Assembly: GCA_963771885.1 (NCBI GenBank)
Contig: CAVYVF010000023.1
Span: 160,001 to 224,000 of the forward strand
Direction: 5' to 3'
Origin: Candidatus Bathyarchaeota archaeon
GTDB lineage: Archaea > Thermoproteota > Bathyarchaeia > TCS64
DNA length: 64,000 nucleotides
The notes under the pieces are model-generated. The model saw only the letters and a program-made list of their open reading frames with translations, made no database searches and was not told the origin of the DNA. Positions 28,506-38,459 of the stretch are shown one piece after another. The translations under genes were made by a program, and so were the position numbers. How positions within the stretch are numbered: position 1 is the stretch's first letter; each line of letters starts with the position of its first letter.

Positions 28506-29700
28506 TCAGAAGAGGTAGACCGTGACCTCGCTCCCGGCTTCGAGGAGCTGAGTGCCTACCGGGATTATGATGTAACCGTTCGCATAAGCCATGCTGGTTA
28601 TGTCGCCGCTCTGCTTAAAGACGGGTACAGCCTCGTCGCCCTCGACGCGCACCGAGTAGAACTGCTCCCGCTCCCCCTCCGCCTTAATCGCCTTACTCAG
28701 CTTCGCTTTAACTGATCTCTGTTCCGAAGGTGGCAGACCCGCTACCCGCCTCAATGCCGGGACGAGGAAGACGTAGGCGTTGTTCAGGCAGCTCGTCGAG
28801 TAACCCGGCATTCCAAAGACGGGGGTCCCGCCGACTTCGCCGAAGAGCGTCGGCTTCCCCGGCTTGACGCGTAGCCCGTGGAAGTGCACCTTGCCCAGGT
28901 CCTCGACGACCCCTGCGAATAGGTCGCGTACGCCCACGCTGCTGCCTCCACTGAAGACCGCGACGTCGTGTGTGGAGGCGTCCTTTACTGCGGCGGCGAT
29001 CGCGTCAAAGTCGTCGCGAACAAGCCCCCGGACCACGGGTACGCAGCCGTTAGCCGCAACCACCGCGGAGAGGGTGTAACTATTTATGTCGTAGACCTGA
29101 CCCGGCTTGAGGGGATTGCCCTGTAGGACGACCTCATTACCCGTGGAGTAGATGGCGACACGGGGCCTCGCGTAGACCCTAACCTTCGTGAAACCAAGGG
29201 CGGCTATAGCTCCGAGCCTACCCGGAGTGAGCGCTTCGCCTCCCTTTACGACCGCCTCACCACTCTTGATGTCCTCGCCTTCTGGTGCGACGTTTGAGCC
29301 GGGCTTCGCAGGCCTCTGAATCTCCACCCCGTCGCCTGAGAGCTTGGTGTACTCGACCATGACGACGGCGTCCGCCCCCTGGGGGACAGGCGCTCCCGTC
29401 GCGATCTCGACGCACTCGCCAGCGCCGACTACTCCGTCAAAGACTTCACCCGCGTGACGTGTCCCAATCAACTTGAGTACGATTCGGCACTGCCGCCGTG
29501 TCCGCCGCCCTCACCGCGTAGCCGTCCATAGAGCTGCGGTTAAAGGGCGGGACGTTCAAACCCGCGACCACGTCAGCCGCTAGCACCCGCCCAGAAGCCT
29601 CACCTAATGGTACTTCCTCAACCTTGGCGGTCCTACGTGTGTTCTCCTCTATGATGCTCACCGCGTCGAGGCGCGACATGAGCTTCCCGAAGGGCTTCAT
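28506..29700 (-). CDS. moeA: Molybdopterin molybdotransferase (frameshift near 29480)
   Basis: GRVLAADV..PPFNRSSMDGYAV in one frame; IATGAPVP.GADAVVMVE, STGNE, SGGSSVG, KPGKP in the next. Confidence 0.92.
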
Positions 29701-30194
29701 CTGCTCAGCTCCCACTGCATGTGCCCGACGTTTGGCAAAATGATCTTTGTGAGCGCAACCTTTATCGCGTTCCGGGAGCCGGGGAGGCAGAAAATGAGCT
29801 TCCCTTGCGCAACCCCCGCGGTTGCTCGGCTCATGATGGCTGCGCCGCCTATCTCGTCGTAGCTTATCCTGCGGAAGAGTTCGCCGAAGCCGATCATCTC
29901 CTTATCCATTAGTGGCGTGACGGCGGCGACGGTCTTGTCCTTGGAGCCAATGCCCGTTCCCCCGCTGGTGACAACGACAGCGACGGAGTCGTCGAGGAGC
30001 ATCCCCTGCACCTCGGCCCTTATTTTCTCCTCGTTGTTAGGAACGAGGGTGTGGTGGACGACCTTGTGCCCGTCCCCCTCGATTAGGGAGACGGCGATCC
30101 GCCCAGTCTCGTCATCCTTCTCCGTCCTCGTATCACTTGTAACTATGAGGGCGAACGTCGTTGGCTCCTTCTTGTGCGTGGGGTGCTCGCTCAT
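29697..30194 (-). CDS. moaB: Molybdopterin adenylyltransferase MoaB/Mog
   Basis: TSDTR..D.TG, TSGGTG, GFGELFR, SRATAG, LPGS. Confidence 0.93.
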   Translation of the reverse strand: MSEHPTHKKEPTTFALIVTSDTRTEKDDETGRIAVSLIEGDGHKVVHHTLVPNNEEKIRAEVQGMLLDDSVAVVVTSGGTGIGSKDKTVAAVTPLMDKEMIGFGELFRRISYDEIGGAAIMSRATAGVAQGKLIFCLPGSRNAIKVALTKIILPNVGHMQWELSR

Positions 30195-30619
30195 CTTCCC
30201 TTCCTCTTCTCCACGACCCTGATGTCCGTGATCCTCGTCGACGGGTACTGACCCGCCCCGTCCTTCTCCATGTACTTGACCATGTCCCAGACGTTGAGCA
30301 GAGCGACTGATACGCCCATGAGCGCCTCCATCTCGACCCCCGTCTTGTAGACCGCCTTAACGACGCAGCGCGCCTCAACATTGTCCTCACCGAGATTGAA
30401 CGAGGTGTCGACCGAGGTGAGGGGTATCTGGTGGCACATGGGGATGAGGTCGGGGGTCCTCTTGACCGCCTGTATGCTGGCGATCTCGGCGATGGTGAGG
30501 GGGTCGCCCTTCTTGACCTTCCCCGTTTTGATCGCCTCGACTGTCTCCTTCCTGAGAATTATTCTGCCGATTGCCTCGGCCGTCCTCGGCACCGACTCCT
30601 TGTCGGCGATTTCAACCAT
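30191..30619 (-). CDS. moaC: Cyclic pyranopterin monophosphate synthase
   Basis: MVEI..K, KKGDP, LIPMCH, TGVEMEAL, WDMVK. Confidence 0.95.
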   Translation of the reverse strand: MVEIADKESVPRTAEAIGRIILRKETVEAIKTGKVKKGDPLTIAEIASIQAVKRTPDLIPMCHQIPLTSVDTSFNLGEDNVEARCVVKAVYKTGVEMEALMGVSVALLNVWDMVKYMEKDGAGQYPSTRITDIRVVEKRKGR

Positions 30620-30629
30620 CTCGAACGGG

Positions 30630-31052
30630 TTAGTCTTCGTCAGGTCTTCCAGCCTCCACCCAGCGCGCCCCCGAGGGGGTGTGCTCCCTCTTCCATATGG
30701 GCACCCTCTTCTTCAGCTCGTCGATGACGTAACGGCAGGCGTCGAAAGCCTCAGCGCGGTGCCCCGCGGAGACGGCGACGAGGACAATGTTATCGCCTAC
30801 CTTGAGGTCACCATACCTATGGACTACGAGGATGTCCTCGACGCCGAACTTTTGGATAGCCTCGCCCCTGATGACTTGTAGCTGCTTCTCCGCCATCTCG
30901 GGGTAGACTTCTATCTCCATCCTCTCGACGCGCCCCGCCTCCGACTCGTCGCGGACTGTGCCAACGAATGTGACTAGTCCGCCGACTGATGGCTTGGCGA
31001 GGTGCTGCAGCTCCTCGTCGACGCTGAAGTCGTCGCGTGTGACCCTTATCAT
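30630..31052 (-). CDS. moaE: Molybdopterin synthase catalytic subunit
   Basis: GGLVTFVGTVR, YPEMA, HRYG.L.VG, HRAEAF, VPIWKRE. Confidence 0.95.
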   Translation of the reverse strand: MIRVTRDDFSVDEELQHLAKPSVGGLVTFVGTVRDESEAGRVERMEIEVYPEMAEKQLQVIRGEAIQKFGVEDILVVHRYGDLKVGDNIVLVAVSAGHRAEAFDACRYVIDELKKRVPIWKREHTPSGARWVEAGRPDED

Positions 31053-31055
31053 GGT

Positions 31056-31301
31056 CTAGCCTCCGCTGACGGGGGGGAATAGGGCGACCTCGTCCCCCGG
31101 CGTGAGGACCCGTTTAGGCTCGACGAAGGAGCCGTTTATAGCGACGAGTACGTTGCCCTCCTGCCCCTTGAGAGAGGAATGCATCCCAATGACCTTCTGC
31201 TTCAGTTCCTCCGCTGTGGCATCATCGGGGACGTCGACCTCCTCCTCCCGGAGCCCCGTGAACTCGCGTATGCTCGCGAAGTATCGGACTCTGAGCTTCA
31301 C
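31056..31301 (-). CDS. moaD: MoaD/SAMP ubiquitin-like sulfur carrier
   Basis: YFASIRE..G, GDEVALFPPVSGG C-terminus; GTG start. Confidence 0.95.
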   Translation of the reverse strand: MKLRVRYFASIREFTGLREEEVDVPDDATAEELKQKVIGMHSSLKGQEGNVLVAINGSFVEPKRVLTPGDEVALFPPVSGG

Positions 31302-32227
31302 TTCTCCTCACTCCAGTAGGGTGCCCTACGGCTCGTCGCGAGTCGGAAGGCGTCAACCAGTTCCTCCTTGGATGCGCCTCTCCTTAAGAGTTGCACTACG
31401 GGGACGAGGTTGTCGCCCCGCATGAGGCATGGCTTGAGGTGCCCGTCGCTTGTTAGGCGGAGCCTGTTGCAGTTGGCGCAGAATACCGTGTTGTGTATGG
31501 GGCGTACAATCTCGACCGTCGCGCCGCTTGGGAGGGTGTACCTCTTACGGCGGTGCATCACCTGCTCCTCCACCTTGACTGCCTCATCGCCCCACAGCTC
31601 CTCAAGGGTCGTCAGGTCGTAGTAGAGGTCACCCCACCTCTCCACGCCCCTCTCGAGCCTCTGGTACTCGATGAGCTGTAGTATAGCCCCCGTCTCCGCT
31701 GAGAGGCGCAGCATCTCAGGTATCTCGTCGGAGTTGAGCCCCTTCATGACAACAAAGTTGAGCTTAATCGGCTTTAGCCCCGCCTCATCGGCGGCGTGTA
31801 TCCCTGCCCTGACCCTGTCGAGGCAGTCAACGCCCGCGATCTTCTTCACGACTTCCCGCTTTAAGCTGTGGAGACTTACGTTGACCCTCCGAAGTCCCGC
31901 ATCGCGTAGCGCCTCCGCATTTCCAGGGAGGCTGAGAGCGTTCGTCGTCATCGAGACCTCCCTCACGTGAGGCGAGATGAGGCGGATGACGTCGACTATG
32001 TCCTCTCTCATTAGGGGCTCGCCGCCGGTTACCTTGACCTTCGTGACGCCCAGCTCCGCGGCGACCCCAACTATGCGGCCAATCTCCTCGGGTGTCATCT
32101 CGCCTCGCGGGTCGTGCTCTCCCTCCCTGTGGCAGAAAAAGCATGCGAGGTCACACCTCTGAGTCACGCTTACGCGCAGACTCGAGACGTGCCTCCCGCA
32201 CGGGTCGACAAGTGGGTCCAAGGGCAT
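31298..32227 (-). CDS. moaA: GTP 3',8-cyclase (radical SAM)
   Basis: LRVSVTQRCDLACFFCH, TGGEP, FCANCNRLRLT.DG.LKPCL. Confidence 0.95.
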   Translation of the reverse strand: MPLDPLVDPCGRHVSSLRVSVTQRCDLACFFCHREGEHDPRGEMTPEEIGRIVGVAAELGVTKVKVTGGEPLMREDIVDVIRLISPHVREVSMTTNALSLPGNAEALRDAGLRRVNVSLHSLKREVVKKIAGVDCLDRVRAGIHAADEAGLKPIKLNFVVMKGLNSDEIPEMLRLSAETGAILQLIEYQRLERGVERWGDLYYDLTTLEELWGDEAVKVEEQVMHRRKRYTLPSGATVEIVRPIHNTVFCANCNRLRLTSDGHLKPCLMRGDNLVPVVQLLRRGASKEELVDAFRLATSRRAPYWSEEK

Positions 32228-32262
32228 TTACGCAAATACCGCCTCCTCGGTGCCCTAAAATG

Positions 32263-32307
32263 GTTATGCATCGCTGTGCATGACGGCAAAGCTTATCCGA
32301 CATGCAC
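32263..32307. promoter_or_regulatory. Palindromic operator candidate in the divergent moaA/tupA promoter
   Basis: GTTATGCA-N6-TGCATGAC (32263-32284) overlapping GTGCATGACGG-N10-CCGACATGCAC (32276-32307). Confidence 0.5.
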
Positions 32308-32327
32308 TAACATTCACATCGTAATCG

Positions 32328-33353
32328 GTGAAAGCTATGACAGAGAAAAAGGGAATGTCGATAAACCAGAGGACAGCCGTGATACTCGGCGTCGTGGTAA
32401 TAGTTGCACTGGTCGGCGCGGTCTGGTACTTCAACCAGCCCGCTGCGGGAAAAACGCAACTCATCGTCTCCACCACAACGAGTTTCTATGAGACCGGCTT
32501 CCTCGACACGCTGAAGAAGGCGTTCGAGACGAAGTACCCGCAGTACAATGTGAGCTTCATTAGCCAGGGCACGGGGCTCGCATTGGGGACCGCCTCAAGG
32601 GGGGACGCCGATCTCGTCCTCGTCCACGCCCCATCTAGCGAGAAGATTTTCCTAACGAACGGCACCGGCGTTAACAGGAAGATTGTCGCCTACAACTACT
32701 TCCTCCTCGTCGGGCCGACTGCCGATCCCGCCGGGATAAAGGACCTAGGTATTGTCGACGCGCTCAAGGCGATTGTCGCCGCGGGCAGGGAGGGCAAAGC
32801 CGTCTGGGTCAGCAGGGGCGACAAGTCGGGAACCAACACGAAGGAGATCGCTCTCTTCAAGCTCGCAGGCTTCGACACAGTGGCGCTTGCCGCTGAGAAG
32901 GATCCGAGCGGCAACCCATGGTACCTATCCGCCGGGGCAGGCATGACGGCGACGCTTCAGCTCGCCGACCAGAAGAGTGCCTACACGCTCACCGATATCG
33001 CTAGCTTCCTAACGAATACGGCGAACGGCAATATACACCTCGTCCAGTACGTAGGCCCCGGCAAGGACATGCTCAACGTCTACGCCATCATAGTGATCAA
33101 CCCGAGTTGGAAGAATTACAGGGGCACCTTCTCCGCAGCCACAGACTTTGAGAAGTACCTCCTCTCAACCGAGGGACAGAACCTATTCGGTAGCTTCGGC
33201 GTTCAGGGTCAGACCGTCTTCAAGCCCTGGATACCCATGAAGACCGCCAACACTGATACGACGACGATCCAGTGGATCGAGAGCTACGCCTACATCAACG
33301 GCACCGAGTGCCCTGAGAAGTACCGCGTCCAGGCCGGCGACCTATACAAATAA
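32328..33353 (+). CDS. tupA: Tungstate ABC transporter substrate-binding protein
   Basis: N-terminal TM anchor, STTTS..TG, GTG.AL, GDADLVLVHAP, SRGDKSGT. Confidence 0.9.
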   Translation: MKAMTEKKGMSINQRTAVILGVVVIVALVGAVWYFNQPAAGKTQLIVSTTTSFYETGFLDTLKKAFETKYPQYNVSFISQGTGLALGTASRGDADLVLVHAPSSEKIFLTNGTGVNRKIVAYNYFLLVGPTADPAGIKDLGIVDALKAIVAAGREGKAVWVSRGDKSGTNTKEIALFKLAGFDTVALAAEKDPSGNPWYLSAGAGMTATLQLADQKSAYTLTDIASFLTNTANGNIHLVQYVGPGKDMLNVYAIIVINPSWKNYRGTFSAATDFEKYLLSTEGQNLFGSFGVQGQTVFKPWIPMKTANTDTTTIQWIESYAYINGTECPEKYRVQAGDLYK

Positions 33354-33390
33354 AGGCGCTGAGCCACCCACTCTCTGAGGGACCCCGTTT

Positions 33391-34086
33391 TTGAGCTGGC
33401 AGCCTATAGTCGACGGACTACGAGAGGCGGTACACCTCATCGCAACAGGGGACCCCGTTGTCATCCAGATCACGATACGCAGCCTCGAGGCGGCGGGCGC
33501 CGGCACTGCGATGGCTGCTCTCATCGGCTTGCCGATAGGAGTTGCCATCGGGCTCGGTTCCTTTAGGGGCAGGAAGTTCCTTAAGACGCTGTTCAATGCG
33601 ATGGTCGGCATCCCAACTGTCTCTCTCGGTCTTCTACTCTGGTCCCTCTTCTCACGCAGCGGTCCCCTGGGCTACACGCAGCTTCTTTACACGGTCTCAG
33701 GCATCGCCATAGGTGAAGGCGTACTCGTAACGCCGCTTATCATCAGCTTCGTTGCGAGCGCCGTCGAGGCGAAGGACATGGGGCTCAGGGACCTGACGAG
33801 GACATTGGGAGCGAGCGAGTATGAGAGTAGCCTCGCCGTCGTTCGGGAGGCGTGGGGAGGCGTTTCCCTCGCGCTTGTCTCGAGCTTCAACCGCGCCTTC
33901 GCTGAGCTCGGTATCGCCATGATGATAGGTGGCAATATCCAAGGCCTCACAAGGGTACTGACGACTGCGATTAGCCTGCAGACGAGCATGGGCGAGCTGG
34001 GGTTGGCCTTCGCCCTCAGTTTCATACTGCTCATCGTGGTCCTCAGCCTCAACTTCCTCATAACATGGCTCGGGAGGGCGAGTTAG
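33391..34086 (+). CDS. tupB: Tungstate ABC transporter permease
   Basis: LFSRSGPLG, RAFAELGIAMMIGGNI..TRVLTTAI. Confidence 0.9.
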   Translation: MSWQPIVDGLREAVHLIATGDPVVIQITIRSLEAAGAGTAMAALIGLPIGVAIGLGSFRGRKFLKTLFNAMVGIPTVSLGLLLWSLFSRSGPLGYTQLLYTVSGIAIGEGVLVTPLIISFVASAVEAKDMGLRDLTRTLGASEYESSLAVVREAWGGVSLALVSSFNRAFAELGIAMMIGGNIQGLTRVLTTAISLQTSMGELGLAFALSFILLIVVLSLNFLITWLGRAS

Positions 34087-35112
34087 ACGGAGCTCTACGG
34101 ACTAGAATCCGTCACAAGGGGCTACGGCACCCGGAACGCGCTGAGCGAGGTGTCTCTCTCCATCGAGGAGGGGGAGACGCTCGGCGTGGTAGGGGAGAGT
34201 GGCGCCGGAAAGACGACGCTGCTCAGGCTCCTAGCGGGGCTCGACCTGCCGACCAGCGGCGCCATGAGGTGGAGGGGGAGGCCCGTCGATCAAAAGACAG
34301 CGGCTGAGCTGCGAAAAGTGGCGACGATGATCTTTCAGCATCCCCTCTTCATCAGGGGGAGCGTCTACCAGAACGTCGCCTACGGGCTTGAGCTGAGAAG
34401 CGTGCCCCAGACGGAGATAGATAAGCGGGTCGCCGAGACGCTAGCCAAGGTCAGGCTTCAGGGCTTCGAGTCGCGGGACGCAAGGAGGATCAGCGGAGGC
34501 GAGCAGCAGAGGGTTAGCCTCGCACGCGCGCTCGTACTGAACCCGAAGGTACTTCTCCTCGATGAGCCGACGGCGAACCTCGACTCTGAGAACGCCTCTA
34601 TCATATCTGACGTAATTGCCGGCGAGGCTGGGGTTAGGACAATAGTAATAGCGAGCCACGACCTCGCACGTGTCGGCAGGCTCGCCGATAGGATCATAGA
34701 GATAGAGGGCGGGAAGATCATCGCCGAGGGCGGAGTCGAGGTGCTCGCTTCCAACCGCTTCAGCACGAACGTCTTCAGCGGCGTCTGCAGGGAGGTCAAC
34801 GGAGAGTCGGACGTCGACGTCGGCGAGGGAGTCTCCATAGCGTGCGCTGCTGTACAGAAGGGTAGGGTCGTCGTCAGGGTCAGACCCGAGGACATCATAG
34901 TGTCTAGGGAGCCTTTCGAGTCGAGCGCCCGGAACAACTTTCGGGGCCATATCGTTAGCATCGAGGAGAGCGGCGCGATTATACGGCTGAAGATAGAAGC
35001 GGGGAGGGTCTTCACGGCTCACATCACCCGTCGTACCCTAAACGAGATGGGGCTCAACATCGGCTCAGATGTCTACATCAGCTTCAAAGCGTCAAGCGTC
35101 GACCTGATCTAG
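34087..35112 (+). CDS. tupC: Tungstate ABC transporter ATPase with TOBE domains
   Basis: In-frame N-terminus ELYGLESVTRGYG..ALSEVSL from ACG 34087; GESGAGKT, ISGGEQQR, LLLDEPT, SSARN, FKASSV. Confidence 0.9.
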   Translation, partial: TELYGLESVTRGYGTRNALSEVSLSIEEGETLGVVGESGAGKTTLLRLLAGLDLPTSGAMRWRGRPVDQKTAAELRKVATMIFQHPLFIRGSVYQNVAYGLELRSVPQTEIDKRVAETLAKVRLQGFESRDARRISGGEQQRVSLARALVLNPKVLLLDEPTANLDSENASIISDVIAGEAGVRTIVIASHDLARVGRLADRIIEIEGGKIIAEGGVEVLASNRFSTNVFSGVCREVNGESDVDVGEGVSIACAAVQKGRVVVRVRPEDIIVSREPFESSARNNFRGHIVSIEESGAIIRLKIEAGRVFTAHITRRTLNEMGLNIGSDVYISFKASSVDLI

Positions 35113-35174
35113 CTAGAAAACCGACTGACGATTTTAATACGGGTTCGACGAATATCAGAAAACAGGGTTTTGCT

Positions 35175-35750
35175 ATGGCCAAGCTCAAGGGATCGGAGAC
35201 TGAGAAGAACCTGCTTAAGGCGTTCGCCGGCGAGTCGCAGGCGAGGAATAGGTACACATACTTCATGAACGCAGCGAAGAAGGAGGGATTTGAGCAGATC
35301 GCGGGTATTTTCGAGGAGACCGCGAACAATGAGAGGGAGCATGCCGAAGTCTTCTTCAAGCACCTGGAGGGCGGCGACGTGGTCATCACCGCCGACTACC
35401 CAGCGGGGAGAATAGGGACTACGGCGGAGAACCTGCTCCACGCGGCGGAGGGGGAAAAGATGGAGTGGGGTACACTCTACCCCAACTTCGAGGCTGTGGC
35501 ACGCAAAGAGGGCCTTGATAAGGTCGCTGAGAGCTTCAAGGAGATAGCTGAGGTCGAGGAGAGGCATGAGAAACGGTACAGGAAGCTTCTCGAGAACGTG
35601 AAGGCAGGCACAGTCTTCAAGAAAGTGGAGGCCGTGGAGTGGAAATGCCGCAACTGCGGATACGTCCATGAGGGAAAGGAGGCCCCGAAGGTCTGCCCGG
35701 CGTGTAAGCACGCGCAGAGCTACTACGAGCTCCTCGCCGAGAACTACTAG
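35175..35750 (+). CDS. rbr: Rubrerythrin
   Basis: AFAGESQA.NRY, EREH, EERH, C-terminal CRNCG...CPAC rubredoxin domain. Confidence 0.95.
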   Translation: MAKLKGSETEKNLLKAFAGESQARNRYTYFMNAAKKEGFEQIAGIFEETANNEREHAEVFFKHLEGGDVVITADYPAGRIGTTAENLLHAAEGEKMEWGTLYPNFEAVARKEGLDKVAESFKEIAEVEERHEKRYRKLLENVKAGTVFKKVEAVEWKCRNCGYVHEGKEAPKVCPACKHAQSYYELLAENY

Positions 35751-36562
35751 GCGACATCCACCTTTTCGCGTATCCTTTTAACCGTGTTTTCTATCTCGTC
35801 CACGCTGGGGGTCGTCATCATTATCGCCTTGTTTGGGCACACCTCGACGCATCGTCCGCACCCCCTACACTGATCCGTGATGCGCGCCTTACCATCCTCA
35901 ACTATGATTGCGTTTACAAAGCAGACCTTCTGACAGACGCCACAGCCAACGCATTCTTCACCGACTGTGACTTCAACACCCTGCATCTTCGTGACCCGTG
36001 CGCCGATATCTTCGTTAAGGCTCGGAAGCATCTTCCATAAGCAGCAGCAGGGGCAGCAGTTACAGACAGTGAGCAACTTCTCCCCGGGGGCGACGTCGAG
36101 CCAGACAGCGTCGAGCTTGTTGCGCCCTATGACGTGTATGAGCCCCGCTGCGTCGGCGCGCCGGATGTGCTCATGTGCCTCCTCCCGAGTGACAGGGTGA
36201 CCTAACTTCGGGTCTATCCTCCTCGCCGCCTCCCCCATGAAGAGGCAGCCGAGGTCGCGGGGATAGTCCTTGCACTTGTTCGCCTCGCGGCAGATGCAGA
36301 AGTCCATCGCCCAGTGGAAACCCGCCTCGTCGATGAAGCGGTGGACTATCTCTCCGGGGAGGGGTGTGCTTGAGCCGGCGTCGATGGGCTGGTTAAGGGT
36401 TATCTCGACGACACTGTCCTTCGGGAGGTATACGAGGTCGTCGCCATCGAAGAGTAGGCGGCTCATGGCGGCGCCGACGCCGGGGATGTGCGACGCCTTG
36501 GCGAGGATGAACCTGTACTTGAAGTTGCTCTTGAGGAGGTCTATGAACCACTTCGGGCGCAT
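35747..36562 (-). CDS. 4Fe-4S dicluster protein with CxCR and CNCCPCCC motifs
   Basis: Start MRPKWF at ATG 36562; CICRE...C, VCNCCPCCC, two CxxCxxCxxxC ferredoxin motifs; fused to the upstream gene in the ORF track only because of a frameshift. Confidence 0.8.
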   Translation of the reverse strand: MRPKWFIDLLKSNFKYRFILAKASHIPGVGAAMSRLLFDGDDLVYLPKDSVVEITLNQPIDAGSSTPLPGEIVHRFIDEAGFHWAMDFCICREANKCKDYPRDLGCLFMGEAARRIDPKLGHPVTREEAHEHIRRADAAGLIHVIGRNKLDAVWLDVAPGEKLLTVCNCCPCCCLWKMLPSLNEDIGARVTKMQGVEVTVGEECVGCGVCQKVCFVNAIIVEDGKARITDQCRGCGRCVEVCPNKAIMMTTPSVDEIENTVKRIREKVDVA

Positions 36563-36609
36563 CGAGGGCTCGGAGAATAATCCCCGCCGGGATAGATAAC
36601 ACCGCGGTG

Positions 36610-37006
36610 CTACTCTTTCGACTTGAGCTTCTGCTGGAGCGTCTTGAGCTCGCCATGCTCGGCGAAGCGTATCTGCGTGTTGAGCCTGAGGGGTAGGCCT
36701 ATCTGGCGGAGGAACATGGCTAGTCCGCCGCCATCTATCTTCTCTACAGATCTTTCCCTGCTTGACGGCGTCAATGAGAGCCTGCTCGACCTGGGGTATC
36801 ACCTTGGGGAACTGCTCCCTCGCCTGGCGCCAGACCTCCCACGCCCTGTCGCCGAATATTCGGTTTAGCATCTCGTCGGTAGTAGGCTCCTTGGGCTTGT
36901 CCTTCGCAAGCTCCCGCGCCGCCTGGGCGGCGTCATGAGCAGCCATGCGCCTCTGCATCTCCTGCATCTTCTTCCTCTTGAGGCGCTCCAGCTCGTCATC
37001 CGACAT
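36610..37006 (-). CDS. PDCD5-like (dsDNA-binding domain) protein, 1-nt insertion near 36748
   Basis: MSDDELERLKRKKMQEMQRR N-terminus; removing one base gives GKI-VEKIDGGGLAMFLRQIGLPLRLNTQIRF...KSKE* (TAG 36610-36612). Confidence 0.7.
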
Positions 37007-37073
37007 AGCGTAGAGACGAATGAGGGCGAGCCTTTAACCCTTTAGGCACCGGCCGGTCTTCAAATATAAGTGC

Positions 37074-37583
37074 TTGAATGGGGAATCTATCAGGATGGAC
37101 GAGCTGGGCGTCGCCATAAGGACGGAGATGGTGCCGGGCGACCTCGGCGAGATAGTGCGTCTCCACGGCGTTCTCTATGAGAAGGAGTACGGGCTCGATA
37201 ACACCTTCGAGGCTTACGTGGCAGGCCCTCTATCCGAGTTTGTAATCCACCCCGCGGAGGGGCAGAGGATATGGGTGGTGGAGGACTGCGGAGGCGTCGC
37301 GGGCTGCATCGCTATCGTGAGGAACTCGGAGGGCGTCGCCCAGCTCAGGTGGTTCATACTAACACCCGAGACGCGTGGGAGGGGACTCGGGAAACGCCTG
37401 ATGGAGGAGGCGGTCAACTTCAGCAGGGAAGCAGGTTACGGGCGCATCATCCTCTGGACATTCAGCGAGTTGGAGACCGCCATTGCCCTCTACAAGAAGT
37501 GGGGATTCGCCAAGACCGAGGAGAAGGCACATCATACCTGGGGCCGTGACCTCGTCGAGGAGAAGTATGAGCTAGAGCTCTGA
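37074..37583 (+). CDS. GNAT acetyltransferase
   Basis: PGDLG...HG.LY, AQLRWF..PETRGRGLG, AIALYKKWGF. Confidence 0.9.
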   Translation: MNGESIRMDELGVAIRTEMVPGDLGEIVRLHGVLYEKEYGLDNTFEAYVAGPLSEFVIHPAEGQRIWVVEDCGGVAGCIAIVRNSEGVAQLRWFILTPETRGRGLGKRLMEEAVNFSREAGYGRIILWTFSELETAIALYKKWGFAKTEEKAHHTWGRDLVEEKYELEL

Positions 37584-37593
37584 GGAGTCAAAC

Positions 37594-38439
37594 ATGATCC
37601 CTTTTGAAGTTCTCGCCCTCGTCACCTCGTTAACGAACGCTCTAGGGGTGACGCTCATAGCGAGGGGAATGAAGGGGTCGAAACCGATAGTCGCCGCCTT
37701 CTGGAGTGTTGCGGTACAGACGGTGATCCTCGCGGTGCTCCTGCTGACGAGGATGCCGGCGATAAACTGGACTGCAGTAGGTTACTTCGCCCTCGGTGGC
37801 GTCCTCAGTCTCGGCGTCGCCCGGCTACTCAACTTCGTCGCCATGAGAGGACTCGGGGTCGCGAAGACGAGCGCCCTCATAGGAAGCAGCCCCGTGATAA
37901 CGACGCTTCTCTCGATAGCGATACTCTCAGACATGCCCGACCTCGCGACTATAACCGGCGCGGCAACGGTGGCAATTGGCGTAGCACTAATTAGCGGTGC
38001 CTCTGGCTTCAGGGTAGAGAAGGCGCTCCTCGTCGGCCTCGCCTCTGCGCTCGCCTACTCCCTCAGCAACATCGCGAGCAAGTCAGGAGTCCTCATACAG
38101 CCCGACCCCTTCCTCAGCGCGACGGCGGGCGCGGTGGCGGGTCTCGCCTTCATCATCACCTACCTCGCTGCCACAGGGCAGACTAGAGACCTCGGCGTGA
38201 GCCGTCATAGCCTCGCCTGCTTTGCTGCTACCGGTGTACTCAGCAGCGTGGGCTGGCTCACAATGATGTCAGCCCTCGAGACGGGATCCGTCGGAGTCGT
38301 CACGACGATCGTCTTCAGCTACCCCCTATTTGCCCTGATCACCACGCGCCTGCTCATGAAGGAGGAGAAGTTCTCGATCCGCACCGTGATCGGCTCGACC
38401 CTCGTCGTCCTGGGTGTGGCGATCGTCACGCTCCTCTAA
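37594..38439 (+). CDS. EamA/DMT family transporter
   Basis: 281 aa, about 10 hydrophobic helices in two repeats, YPLFA...EE.F. Confidence 0.85.
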   Translation: MIPFEVLALVTSLTNALGVTLIARGMKGSKPIVAAFWSVAVQTVILAVLLLTRMPAINWTAVGYFALGGVLSLGVARLLNFVAMRGLGVAKTSALIGSSPVITTLLSIAILSDMPDLATITGAATVAIGVALISGASGFRVEKALLVGLASALAYSLSNIASKSGVLIQPDPFLSATAGAVAGLAFIITYLAATGQTRDLGVSRHSLACFAATGVLSSVGWLTMMSALETGSVGVVTTIVFSYPLFALITTRLLMKEEKFSIRTVIGSTLVVLGVAIVTLL

Positions 38440-38459
38440 TTGGAATTGCTTCTTGATCA

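Noticed and set aside
34084..34086. Genome-wide amber (pyrrolysine) recoding
   Set aside because: Many well-defined genes end at TAG at their expected C-termini, including overlapping CTAG pairs; no pyl genes in the window
35747..37006. 419-aa PDCD5-like / ferredoxin fusion in the ORF track
   Set aside because: Artefact of a 1-nt insertion near 36748; the corrected frame ends at TAG 36610 and the Fe-S gene has its own ATG at 36562
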